Under the pieces are notes generated by a model, which did no database searches, was not told the origin of the DNA, and saw only the letters and a program-made list of their open reading frames with translations. A stretch of DNA of 64,000 nt from Bacilli bacterium. Its GTDB lineage: Bacteria; Bacillota_I; Bacilli_A; RF39; UBA660. Shown here piece by piece: positions 37,862 through 46,917 of this stretch (positions within the stretch are counted from its first letter, which is position 1; every line of letters starts with the position of its first letter). Where the stretch lies: the NCBI GenBank assembly GCA_900769635.1, contig CAAGHJ010000002.1, forward strand, positions 1,627-65,626, read 5' to 3'. The position numbers and the translations under genes were made by a program.

Positions 37862-38947
37862 ATGAAAACAGTAGTAATTGGAATGAGTGGCGGAGTAGAT
37901 TCCTCAGTTGCTGCTCTTCTATTAAAAAAACAAGGATATAATGTCATAGGTCTATTTATGAGAAACTGGGATAGCACTATTAACAACGATTATTTAGGTA
38001 ATCCCAATCTTTCAAATGATATATGTCCTCAAGAAGAAGACTATAACGACGCTAAAAAAGTATGTGAAACTTTAAATATTCCTCTCCACAGAGTTGACTA
38101 TGTAAAAGAATACTGGGATAACGTTTTTACTTACTTTTTAGATGAACTCAAAAAAGGCCGAACTCCCAATCCCGATGTAATGTGTAATAAATATATCAAA
38201 TTTGATTTATTCATAAATAAAGCCCTTGAACTCGGTGCCGATTATATTGCAACAGGACATTACGCCAAAATAATAGACGGTAATTTATATAAAGCAAAGG
38301 ATTTAAATAAAGATCAGAGCTATTTCCTAGCTTATGTTGGAAAGGACAAGTTTAAAAACGTTATCTTTCCCCTCGCTGATTTAGAAAAGCCCGAAGTAAG
38401 AAAAATAGCGGAAGAAAATGGCCTCATAACTGCCAAAAAAAAGGACTCTACAGGTATATGCTTTATCGGAGAAAGAAACTTCAAAAATTTTCTTAAAAAC
38501 TACTTACCAAATATCCCTGGTGATATCATCGATGCTGACACCGGTGAAACAATTGGAAAACATATTGGCCTTATGTATTACACAATAGGGCAGAGAAGGG
38601 GACTTAATTTAGGTGGTAATTTAAACAAGCACTACGTGGTCTCAAAAGATTTAGATAAAAATATATTATATGTATCTAGTGGTGAGGATAGCGATAAACT
38701 TAAGTCAACAAGTTGTATTATTGAAGAATTCAACTTTCTAACCGAAAACAAAGAAATAGGGGAGTGCTATGCCAAATTCAGATATCGTCAAAAAGACATA
38801 TTTACAAAAGCAGAATTACTTGACAGTAATACATTAAAATTAGTTTACAATCCCTGTAAAGCCGTTACCCCAGGACAATTTTGCGTCCTTTATAATGAAA
38901 ATGGCCAGTGTTTAGGGGGCGGAATAATAAAAGAAGTAATTAAATAG
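37862..38947 (+). CDS. mnmA: tRNA 2-thiouridine(34) synthase
   Basis: PP-loop GMSGGVDSSVAA, catalytic Cys region DSTGICFIGE, full length. Confidence 0.9.
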   Translation: MKTVVIGMSGGVDSSVAALLLKKQGYNVIGLFMRNWDSTINNDYLGNPNLSNDICPQEEDYNDAKKVCETLNIPLHRVDYVKEYWDNVFTYFLDELKKGRTPNPDVMCNKYIKFDLFINKALELGADYIATGHYAKIIDGNLYKAKDLNKDQSYFLAYVGKDKFKNVIFPLADLEKPEVRKIAEENGLITAKKKDSTGICFIGERNFKNFLKNYLPNIPGDIIDADTGETIGKHIGLMYYTIGQRRGLNLGGNLNKHYVVSKDLDKNILYVSSGEDSDKLKSTSCIIEEFNFLTENKEIGECYAKFRYRQKDIFTKAELLDSNTLKLVYNPCKAVTPGQFCVLYNENGQCLGGGIIKEVIK

Positions 38948-39072
38948 AGAAAGTTCTAAAACAGAAATTTCTCTTATTTTTAATATACTTTTTCTTGCTT
39001 TACACTTAATGTTGTGTTATACTTATAATGTAAAGTAAGTTAACACATTAGTGGTTTAGGAGGAATTTGATA

Positions 39073-39858
39073 ATGAATACAGTTGATAAAATTAATTTAA
39101 TTCTAAAAGAAGCGGGCATATCAAAGGTTAATCTAGCAAAATACCTAGGAGTTTCTAGGCAAATGATTTACAATTACTTTGACAGTAATGACCTTTCAAA
39201 ATTATCTAATGATAAATGTCAACTCTTATTTAAATTATTAGGCGTTAAAAACGAAAAAGAATTAAGTGAAGTAGAAATAAACGATATATATTTACAAGAA
39301 GTTGGAAGCAAAATATTCACTAACTCCCGCAAAAGTAACAATGTCCCTAAAAAAAATGAAGTTATTGAACTATCTGGTTTAAGACGAGAAGAACAAGAAC
39401 TAATAAGTGATATTATCTTTCTTTTAAAAGAAATGCTTAATGAAGATAAAACACAAAATAGTATGAATATCTTAACATATTTGTATCACTTCTTAATGGC
39501 ACTTGGCAATACTAAAGAAATAAAATATATATTAGCATATATTTCTAAAGCAACCGGATATACAGATCCTACAGTTTGTGTATTTGAAGAAGATAGACAA
39601 TATACCTTTGAAAGCATTTTATATTCAGCATTCACTTTATATAATAACGGTGGGGCCTCTAAAAGTAAATTAATAGAATCTCACAAGAGATGGGAAGCCG
39701 AACTATCCCGTAAAAATGAAGAAAAAATGAGTCGTACTCAGGAGTTAAATACAGCCAAAGCAATAGCCTTAAAAGAACTCGGCTATACAGAAATAAATGA
39801 GCAAAATGCTAGTGAAGTATTTGATAAAATTGCCGAAATACAATCTAGATATGTTTAA
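39073..39858 (+). CDS. XRE-type HTH domain protein
   Basis: N-terminal HTH (ISKVNLAKYLGVSRQMIYNYF). ATG 39073 lies 9 nt after AGGAGG. Confidence 0.6.
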   Translation: MNTVDKINLILKEAGISKVNLAKYLGVSRQMIYNYFDSNDLSKLSNDKCQLLFKLLGVKNEKELSEVEINDIYLQEVGSKIFTNSRKSNNVPKKNEVIELSGLRREEQELISDIIFLLKEMLNEDKTQNSMNILTYLYHFLMALGNTKEIKYILAYISKATGYTDPTVCVFEEDRQYTFESILYSAFTLYNNGGASKSKLIESHKRWEAELSRKNEEKMSRTQELNTAKAIALKELGYTEINEQNASEVFDKIAEIQSRYV

Positions 39859-40002
39859 AGGAAGGTCCTAAAAAGTAGAGACCTTTTTCTATTATAAATT
39901 ATTCCCCCTCTTCAATTCATTCTACGCTAGTTCCGATAATTGATATTATGTTAATTTCCTAATTTTAAAATTCAGTAAATACTATTCTTGGAGGATAAAT
40001 TT

Positions 40003-40158
40003 ATGGATAATATAAAATGCAATGTTTCTAACTGCAAACACAATGATAATGATAAATGCGTTTGCAAATTAGATTCCATTAAAGTTTCTTGTTCTTGTGA
40101 TGGATGTGATTGCACTAACAAAGAAGAAACAATTTGTGAAAGTTATAAAGAAAAATAA
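40003..40158 (+). CDS. small Cys-rich protein, DUF1540-like
   Basis: MDNIKCNVSNCKHNDNDKCVCKLDSIKVSCSCDGCDCTNKEETICESYKEK with RBS ggagga upstream. Too short for the ORF track. Confidence 0.55.
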   Translation: MDNIKCNVSNCKHNDNDKCVCKLDSIKVSCSCDGCDCTNKEETICESYKEK

Positions 40159-40328
40159 TAGAGAACTCCCCTATTATTTTTCTTTTTATTTAATATATCT
40201 TCTTATTCCACAATATTTCATATAAATATTTACCCCCGATAGGGTCTCTCATTTGCATCGAGAATCAAAAAGCAATATAGTTTATCCATCTCGATGCATT
40301 CTACGTAAGCAATAAAATCATATATAAT

Positions 40329-41702
40329 TTAAACATTCTTAGAAATCTCACTAAGTAACACATTAAATTCCTTTTCAAGTTTCTTTAAACCATCCTCAGT
40401 AGTAGCTTCATAACGATACGTAATATTAGGACTAGTATTAGAAGCCCTAAATAGAGCAGAGGAGTTATCATTAATAATCTTAACCCCATCAATCGTATTA
40501 ATATTATATCCCTTACTAATACAATAATTTTTAATAGTCTCCACTACACTCTGTTTCTTATCTTCCGAAGTAGGGTAGTTCATCATTGGCGTAGTATGAT
40601 AATACTTAATTCCCTTCAAAAGTTCACTAACACTCTTACCAGAATTAGCCACAATTTCAATAATTCTAAGAGATGTATAAATAGCATCCTCAAAACCATC
40701 AAATCTATCAGTAAAAATAGTATGCCCTGATTCCTCTCCCGCAAAAGGCACATTAAGTTCGTGAGTCTTAGCTTGTAAAAAACAATTACCAGTTTTATTA
40801 AGAACCTTTTCAACACCAAGTTTATCAAGTTCATCAGCTAGAATCTTTGAACACTTCACATCATACAAAGTCTTCTTATTATCCACCCTATTTACCAAAT
40901 CTCTCCAAATCAAAATCATTATTTCTTCACAAGTAACAAATCTACCATTTTCATCAATCAAACCTACCCTATCTCCATCACCATCATAAGCAACACCCAA
41001 ATCCGCCTTCTCTTTCACTACCACTTTACTAAGTTTATCCAAATTAGCCTTAACATTAGGATCCGGATGATGATTAGGAAAATTAGCATCAGAAATATTA
41101 AATATCCCCTTCTCTTTCACATTAAGCCTTTCAAAAATACTAGGTGCAATAATACTCGTCGTCCCATTACCACAATCATAAATTACCCTTAAATTAGGAT
41201 TATCAATACGAATATCCCTCAAAATATACTTCACATACTCATCTCGAATATCCACATTATTAACAGTACCCATATCCCCCCTAAAAATAAAATCACCCGC
41301 TACAATAATATCATATAACTCCCTAATCTCGTCCCCATAAGCATTATTCGTTCCATTAAAACAAATCTTAAAACCATTATATTCCTTAGGATTATGCGAT
41401 GCCGTCACCACAATACTCGCCTTTTTTTGCAAATGAATCCTCGCAAAATACACCATCGGCGTCGTCGCTTCCCCAATATTCACCACATCAATACCAAATT
41501 GAACTAGCCCCCTAGTCAAATTCTCCGTAAGTGCTGGCGAAGACAACCTATTATCATGTCCCACCACAATCTCTTTAATTTTATATTTATTTAACTTGTA
41601 GCCTACGGCAAGTCCAATCTTATACGCATCCTCATCAAACAAATCCGTCCCATATATACCCCTAATATCATACTCTCTAAATATCGTCTTACTTATCATC
41701 AT
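40329..41702 (-). CDS. phosphoglucomutase/phosphomannomutase family protein
   Basis: Active-site loop TASHNPKEYNGFK, metal loop DGDGDR, sugar-binding GEESGH. ATG 41702 follows RBS GAAAGAAGG. Confidence 0.8.
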   Translation of the reverse strand: MMISKTIFREYDIRGIYGTDLFDEDAYKIGLAVGYKLNKYKIKEIVVGHDNRLSSPALTENLTRGLVQFGIDVVNIGEATTPMVYFARIHLQKKASIVVTASHNPKEYNGFKICFNGTNNAYGDEIRELYDIIVAGDFIFRGDMGTVNNVDIRDEYVKYILRDIRIDNPNLRVIYDCGNGTTSIIAPSIFERLNVKEKGIFNISDANFPNHHPDPNVKANLDKLSKVVVKEKADLGVAYDGDGDRVGLIDENGRFVTCEEIMILIWRDLVNRVDNKKTLYDVKCSKILADELDKLGVEKVLNKTGNCFLQAKTHELNVPFAGEESGHTIFTDRFDGFEDAIYTSLRIIEIVANSGKSVSELLKGIKYYHTTPMMNYPTSEDKKQSVVETIKNYCISKGYNINTIDGVKIINDNSSALFRASNTSPNITYRYEATTEDGLKKLEKEFNVLLSEISKNV

Positions 41703-41822
41703 ATACCTTCTTTCTATTTTTAACATACACCATAATTGTACCAAATTTATACCAAAAAGTCATCATTTTTATTAAAATTATCAGATTTTTATAGCTAAAA
41801 CTACAATAAATAAAGATACATT

Positions 41823-42563
41823 CTATAATTTATTTATGTAAATATATTTCGTTAATTGTTTTTTACCAAAAAAATTTTCTTCATTTACTATTTTATCAAT
41901 TTTAATTACCCCTTTTTTAATTAAATAATCTATCCTATCTTTAAAATAAAAATCAGAAGAAAAATTATATATTCTATTCATCATACATTTACCAATAAAT
42001 TCCCAATACTTTATTATTTTTTCTTTACTTAATAATTCTAATATTTTATTATCTAAATAATCAAAATTATAAGATTTAATTGTATTATTTTCAACTATTC
42101 TTAAATCACTATTTTGATTTTTTAATTTATACCACAAATTAATATATTTATTTTTTTCCACTTCTGTTAATAATTTTGTTCTAGGCAACAGATTTTCTAT
42201 TTCATCTTCACTATAACAACCCAGTGCAAAACGACCTTCTTCTTTAACGTCACATAAATATATATTTAAATTATATTTACTTAAATAATTTATCAAATAA
42301 CACACAGTACACATATTTTCGTTGTCATTATTAGAATACCAAATCCTTATTTCTTTATAATTTATTATTTTTGATTCTAAAAGTTCTAATTTTTCCTTAA
42401 CTTTTACTTCTACTTGAGCTATTTTTTTTTCTGATAAAGTTTCTAAACCATTTAAATTACCATAACTAAGAAGTAAACAAAATGAAATAATATTATTTTT
42501 ATTAAATAAATTTGTTCTTTCAAGTAAAAGTTTCTCTGAATCACTTATAGTTAATTCCAACAT
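41823..42563 (-). CDS. DUF1835/DUF3658-like protein
   Basis: General pattern only (W..L...N..LRIVENN.I.S...DYLD..IL). No enzymatic motif. Confidence 0.4.
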   Translation of the reverse strand: MLELTISDSEKLLLERTNLFNKNNIISFCLLLSYGNLNGLETLSEKKIAQVEVKVKEKLELLESKIINYKEIRIWYSNNDNENMCTVCYLINYLSKYNLNIYLCDVKEEGRFALGCYSEDEIENLLPRTKLLTEVEKNKYINLWYKLKNQNSDLRIVENNTIKSYNFDYLDNKILELLSKEKIIKYWEFIGKCMMNRIYNFSSDFYFKDRIDYLIKKGVIKIDKIVNEENFFGKKQLTKYIYINKL

Positions 42564-42605
42564 AGTATCACCTCATTAAATTCTATAAAAACTTTTTTTG
42601 TGTTT

Positions 42606-42848
42606 TTAACCTGTAAAATTATCCATATTTTGCCGTTCAAATCTATATTTTTGTTTCACATTAGGATACTTATCCCTATCAACCAAAGAAGTAAACATCG
42701 AGATCGGTCTTACCCACAGTTCCTTTTCACCATATAACGCCCTATAAAGAACTAACTCCTCCTTAGTTTCACTATGCTTTACAATATCCAAAACCAAATA
42801 AAATTTCCCCTTAAAATGCCTATATATACCATATTTTTCAATAACCAT
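42606..42848 (-). CDS. DUF1653-like small protein
   Basis: YRHFKGKFYLVL...ELVLYRALYGE..LWVRP pattern. Confidence 0.55.
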   Translation of the reverse strand: MVIEKYGIYRHFKGKFYLVLDIVKHSETKEELVLYRALYGEKELWVRPISMFTSLVDRDKYPNVKQKYRFERQNMDNFTG

Positions 42849-42891
42849 AAAAATCTCCTTTCAAAATAATTACCCCCGTAGGGCACTATTA

Positions 42892-43782
42892 TTAACTCCG
42901 TGGATGATACATATCATAATTTTCCCTAACCGTATCCACCCCCAAATTCGTATAAATCTGTGTAGTTGACAAATTTTCGTGACCAAGCATCACCTGAATA
43001 CTTCGCAAATCAGCACCCCCTTCCAGTAAATGCGTAGCAAAAGAATGCCTTAATGAGTGCGGTGTAACATCCTTAGAAATACCCTTCTGCTCACAAATCT
43101 TCTTTAAAATCATTAAAAAACCCTGCCTTGTCAAAGCCGAACCATGATTATTAAGAAAAATATTATCAGTTATTCTCTTCTTAACAAAGAAACACCTATA
43201 CTCTTCCAAATAAATCCTAAGATACCGAGTAGCCATACAAGATAAAGGCACCATTCTCTCCTTACTCCCCTTACCAAAAAATCTCACTACCCCACTATCC
43301 AAATCAATATTCTTTTCCTTAAGAGCCGTAACCTCACTAACCCTAAGACCAGACCCATACATAACCTCAAGCATAGCCTTGTTACGATAATCAAATGGTG
43401 TCTTTAAAGAAATATCAAGTATCTTATCAACTTCCTCCTTCGAAAGAACCTGAGGAAGATGCCTATAAGTCTTAATAGAGTGAATATCAGAAATACAAAT
43501 ACAGTACCCATATACCTTCTCCAAAAACTCCAAAAAAGCCCTAATCGAACTAATATTCCTATTAAAAGAATAGCTATTAAGATTAACCAAAGCCACAAAA
43601 TATTCTTCTATTATCCCTTCATTAATTTCCCTTACCAAAACCCCCTCTTCCTGTAAATACCTAAGAAACTTCCTCACGTCATCTCCATAAGACCTAACAG
43701 TCCCAAGTGAAAGCCCCCTCTCCGTTTGCAAATACACCATAAAATCATCATATATACCAGTATTAACCCTATCCAAAACCAT
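42892..43782 (-). CDS. tyrosine recombinase XerC/XerD family
   Basis: C-terminal catalytic region HSLRHSFATHLLEGGADLRSIQVMLGHENLSTTQIYT, 296 aa. Confidence 0.8.
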   Translation of the reverse strand: MVLDRVNTGIYDDFMVYLQTERGLSLGTVRSYGDDVRKFLRYLQEEGVLVREINEGIIEEYFVALVNLNSYSFNRNISSIRAFLEFLEKVYGYCICISDIHSIKTYRHLPQVLSKEEVDKILDISLKTPFDYRNKAMLEVMYGSGLRVSEVTALKEKNIDLDSGVVRFFGKGSKERMVPLSCMATRYLRIYLEEYRCFFVKKRITDNIFLNNHGSALTRQGFLMILKKICEQKGISKDVTPHSLRHSFATHLLEGGADLRSIQVMLGHENLSTTQIYTNLGVDTVRENYDMYHPRS

Positions 43783-43889
43783 TACTAGTCACCCTACTTT
43801 CTATAACACATTATAACAAAAAAAATAAACTTTTACCAGTAATATTGACATTTTTAAAGAAGTATTTTATTATAAAAAAGGTGATAAAA

Positions 43890-45101
43890 ATGAATGAACC
43901 ATTAGCAGTAAAACTAAGACCCCAAAAATTAAAAGACGTAGTCGGTCAAAAGCACTTAGTAGGAGAAGGCAAAATACTAAATAATCTAGTCAAAAACAAT
44001 AAACTATTTTCAATGATATTATATGGCAACCCAGGAATAGGAAAAACAACCATAGCCCTCTGTTTAGTAAATGAACTAGGCTGTAAATATCGATGCCTAA
44101 ACGCCGTTATAAATAACAAAAAAGACTTCGATATCGTCGTCGAAGAAGCCAAACTATATAACGGAATAGTTCTAATTATGGACGAAATCCATAGACTAAA
44201 TAAAGACAAACAAGATCTCCTCCTTCCCCTTTTAGAAAATGGCCTTATCACTCTAATTGGCCTAACATCTTCCAATCCATATCACACAATTAATCCCGCC
44301 ATTAGAAGTAGATGCCAGTTATTCAAATTAGAAGAATTAACTACAGATGATATAATTTTAGCATTAAAAAATGCTACGCAAAGCAAAGAATTAGAAGGAA
44401 TAAAAATAGATGAAGAAAGCCTTAAATATATAGCGTCCCTAAGTTCTAGTGATCTAAGATTTGCCTATAATCTATTAGAAGTATGCTACTACTCAGTAAG
44501 TGATAAAAAAATAACCCTAGATATAGTAAAAAGTATAAATAACACCCCCAATATATTTCACGACAAAGATGGCGACAATTACTATGACCTCCTCAGTGCC
44601 TTTCAAAAATCAATTAGAGGAAGTGACGTTCAAGCCTCTCTCTATTATTTAGCAAGACTTCTTGAAGGAGGAGAATTAGAAGCAATATGTAGAAGATTGC
44701 AAGTAATAGTATATGAAGATATCGGTCTTGCTAATAGCAGTATGGGACCAAAAGTAGTATCAGCCTGTATTGCTGCAAGAGAAGTAGGAATGCCAGAAGC
44801 CACTATCATACTAGGAACAATTATTATAGAAATGGCTCTCTCTCCAAAAAGCAATTCCGGAGAATCCGCTATATATAACGCTATTAATACTGTAAAAAAT
44901 AACGGTTCATATCCTGTACCATCACACATAAAGAAAAATAACCCAGCTTATAAATACCCTCATAATTATAAAAATAGCATTGTAAAACAAGAATATTTAC
45001 CCAAAGAACTAAAAGGAAGTAAGTTCTATATACCAAGAGAAAACACCTTTGAAAATAAACTAAAAATAATTATGGAAAATTTAGAAAAAATAAATAAATA
45101 A
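43890..45101 (+). CDS. rarA: replication-associated recombination protein A (MgsA/RarA AAA+ ATPase)
   Basis: LRPQKLKDVVGQ, Walker A GNPGIGKTT, DEIHR, and the C-terminal MgsA domain (YYDLLSAFQKSIRGSD). Confidence 0.85.
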   Translation: MNEPLAVKLRPQKLKDVVGQKHLVGEGKILNNLVKNNKLFSMILYGNPGIGKTTIALCLVNELGCKYRCLNAVINNKKDFDIVVEEAKLYNGIVLIMDEIHRLNKDKQDLLLPLLENGLITLIGLTSSNPYHTINPAIRSRCQLFKLEELTTDDIILALKNATQSKELEGIKIDEESLKYIASLSSSDLRFAYNLLEVCYYSVSDKKITLDIVKSINNTPNIFHDKDGDNYYDLLSAFQKSIRGSDVQASLYYLARLLEGGELEAICRRLQVIVYEDIGLANSSMGPKVVSACIAAREVGMPEATIILGTIIIEMALSPKSNSGESAIYNAINTVKNNGSYPVPSHIKKNNPAYKYPHNYKNSIVKQEYLPKELKGSKFYIPRENTFENKLKIIMENLEKINK

Positions 45102-45106
45102 AAATA

Positions 45107-45781
45107 CTAGTCATTTTCTAGTATTTTTCTAATTACATAGCTCGCACATAAATTACCAGCAATAGTAGGCATATAAGCAATGGAACTAATAGAACCCGTA
45201 ACCTTTTTTGCCTCCTCCTTACTATATAACACCATTACCCTTTCCGTAATTCGCATATCTTTAACATATTTTCTAAGAATTTTAGCAATAGGATCATAAC
45301 TCGTTTTCCGAATATCCACTATTTCATATTTCAAAGGGTCGAGTTTATTCCCCGTTCCCATACACGAAATAAATGGTATTTTTTCCTCTGTGCATCTTTT
45401 TATTAATGCTTTTTTTGTTTTAATGCTATCACAAGCATCAATTAAATAATCAATATCATACTTAAATAAATCATTTAAGTTATCTTCACCTAGAAATGTA
45501 TCTAATATAATTATCTTAGTTTCACTAATTAGCTCAATTCTCTTTCTCATCTCTTCAGTTTTTTTACAACCAATATTAGTTTTATTTGTTATTATTTGTC
45601 TATTTAAATTAGATATATCAATAGTATCAAAATCAACTATAATTAATTTACCAATACCACTTCTAGCAAGACATTCACATACTGCTCCCCCTACTCCACC
45701 TAAACCAATTACAGCAACAGTTTTATTCTTTAACTTATTATAATTAGTTTCTCCAATTAGTTTTATTAATCTATCATACAT
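45107..45781 (-). CDS. tcdA: tRNA threonylcarbamoyladenosine dehydratase (ThiF/E1-like)
   Basis: GLGGVGG Rossmann motif and DFD...NLNRQ pattern, ~225 aa. Confidence 0.7.
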   Translation of the reverse strand: MYDRLIKLIGETNYNKLKNKTVAVIGLGGVGGAVCECLARSGIGKLIIVDFDTIDISNLNRQIITNKTNIGCKKTEEMRKRIELISETKIIILDTFLGEDNLNDLFKYDIDYLIDACDSIKTKKALIKRCTEEKIPFISCMGTGNKLDPLKYEIVDIRKTSYDPIAKILRKYVKDMRITERVMVLYSKEEAKKVTGSISSIAYMPTIAGNLCASYVIRKILEND

Positions 45782-45854
45782 AGTTATTACCTCATTTCCT
45801 AATATATTGTACCATAGATTTAATAATATTGGTTCTATTTTTTATTATATAAAG

Positions 45855-46166
45855 TTAATTACTTTCATTAAGACCTATATCCTCAGTTTCAACTTCATCT
45901 TCTGATATAATACTATACTTCTTTCTTACATAGTAATTATAATTACTAAATAAGACTTTATCACGAGTAAATACAGTATTTACTATTCTAATCCAGTCAC
46001 ACTCAGTTATATCTGAACCACAATCAAAATCAATAATAGTTTTAGTATCATCAGTATACTCTATAATTAGTATTCCTTTTTTACTTTTAAAACCAGCTTT
46101 TTTGTGGTCATTTAGAAAAACTACATTTCTCCTTTGCACTATTCTTTTAATTTCCTTCTTCTCCAT
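45855..46166 (-). CDS. hypothetical protein
   Basis: 103-aa ORF with RBS ggagga. No motif recognised. Confidence 0.4.
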   Translation of the reverse strand: MEKKEIKRIVQRRNVVFLNDHKKAGFKSKKGILIIEYTDDTKTIIDFDCGSDITECDWIRIVNTVFTRDKVLFSNYNYYVRKKYSIISEDEVETEDIGLNESN

Positions 46167-46387
46167 TTTTAATCCTCCATTTCTATATATTTTTTGTATA
46201 ATAAATCAAAAGCAATTAAATTATAACATTATGTATATATAAACAGGGACTTTTAAAGAAAAAAAGTTATTAATTTTAACATCAACTTTATGCTATCTAT
46301 AAGAAACTATAATAAAAATACTTTATTTTTGAGTACTAATTATCCATTAATTTATATTAACAAATCAGTATAACTCATAAGTTAACT

Positions 46388-46735
46388 AAAAAAAAGAAAA
46401 ACCAATAGCCTAAACTATCAGTTTTTCCAAAACATACCAGAGAAGCGACTCTTTGATATAAAACCTGCGCACTTACACAGGTGGGCATCACATCATTATA
46501 ATTAGGAGCCTTATATGCTTCCCATTACCATTGTAATGAGATTCTTGGGAGCAGGTTTAACCCTTCATTACCAAGCTATCCCCGTAGGCGATACGGTTAA
46601 ATATAAACAGTCCATATATGAATAGTATCACTAAAGACAGCCTATACATCTGAATAAGTATTCAACACATATTATGAATTAGATTCCCAAAATATATCTT
46701 TAGTCGGTTTTAAACTAAGATATCGTCATCCCTAG
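46388..46735 (-). ncRNA. unclassified structured RNA candidate (~350 nt)
   Basis: Extended -10 TGGTATAAT on the minus strand (46743-46751). No ORF. The region is visibly more GC-rich than its flanks. It has many stems, such as atatcttagt/actaaagatat, AAACCTGC/GCAGGTTT, CATTAC/GTAATG and CTTCCCA/TGGGAG. A terminator stem CTGATAG/CTATTGG is followed by a U-run. Confidence 0.45.
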
Positions 46736-46837
46736 TAACTCCATTATACCATTAAAATACTATAATATATCATAATTAACTATGAAGTAACCAATGCAGT
46801 AAATGCACTAATAATAACTACCTACATTCTATTCCCC

Positions 46838-46880
46838 TATTCCATATCTATATTCCATATCTACATCTATATTCCATATA
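46838..46880. repeat. three direct copies of TATTCCATAT(CTA)
   Basis: Copies at 46838-46850, 46851-46863 (tandem) and 46870-46880, between the pheT stop and the RNA candidate's promoter. Confidence 0.6.
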
Positions 46881-46917
46881 CACTCTTTCTACCCCATCTC
46901 CCAAATTCCAAATAAAG

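Noticed and set aside
46388-46735. Identity of the structured RNA as RNase P RNA, tmRNA, SRP RNA, 6S RNA or a cobalamin/T-box leader
   Set aside because: I could not find the universal RNase P strings (GAGGAAAGUCC, ACAGAA, GGCUUA), tRNA-like termini with a CCA-proximal T-arm, or the SRP GGAAGCAGC core. The T-box GGUGGUACCGCG and a B12 box are also absent. The length does not fit 6S RNA. It stays unclassified rather than assigned.
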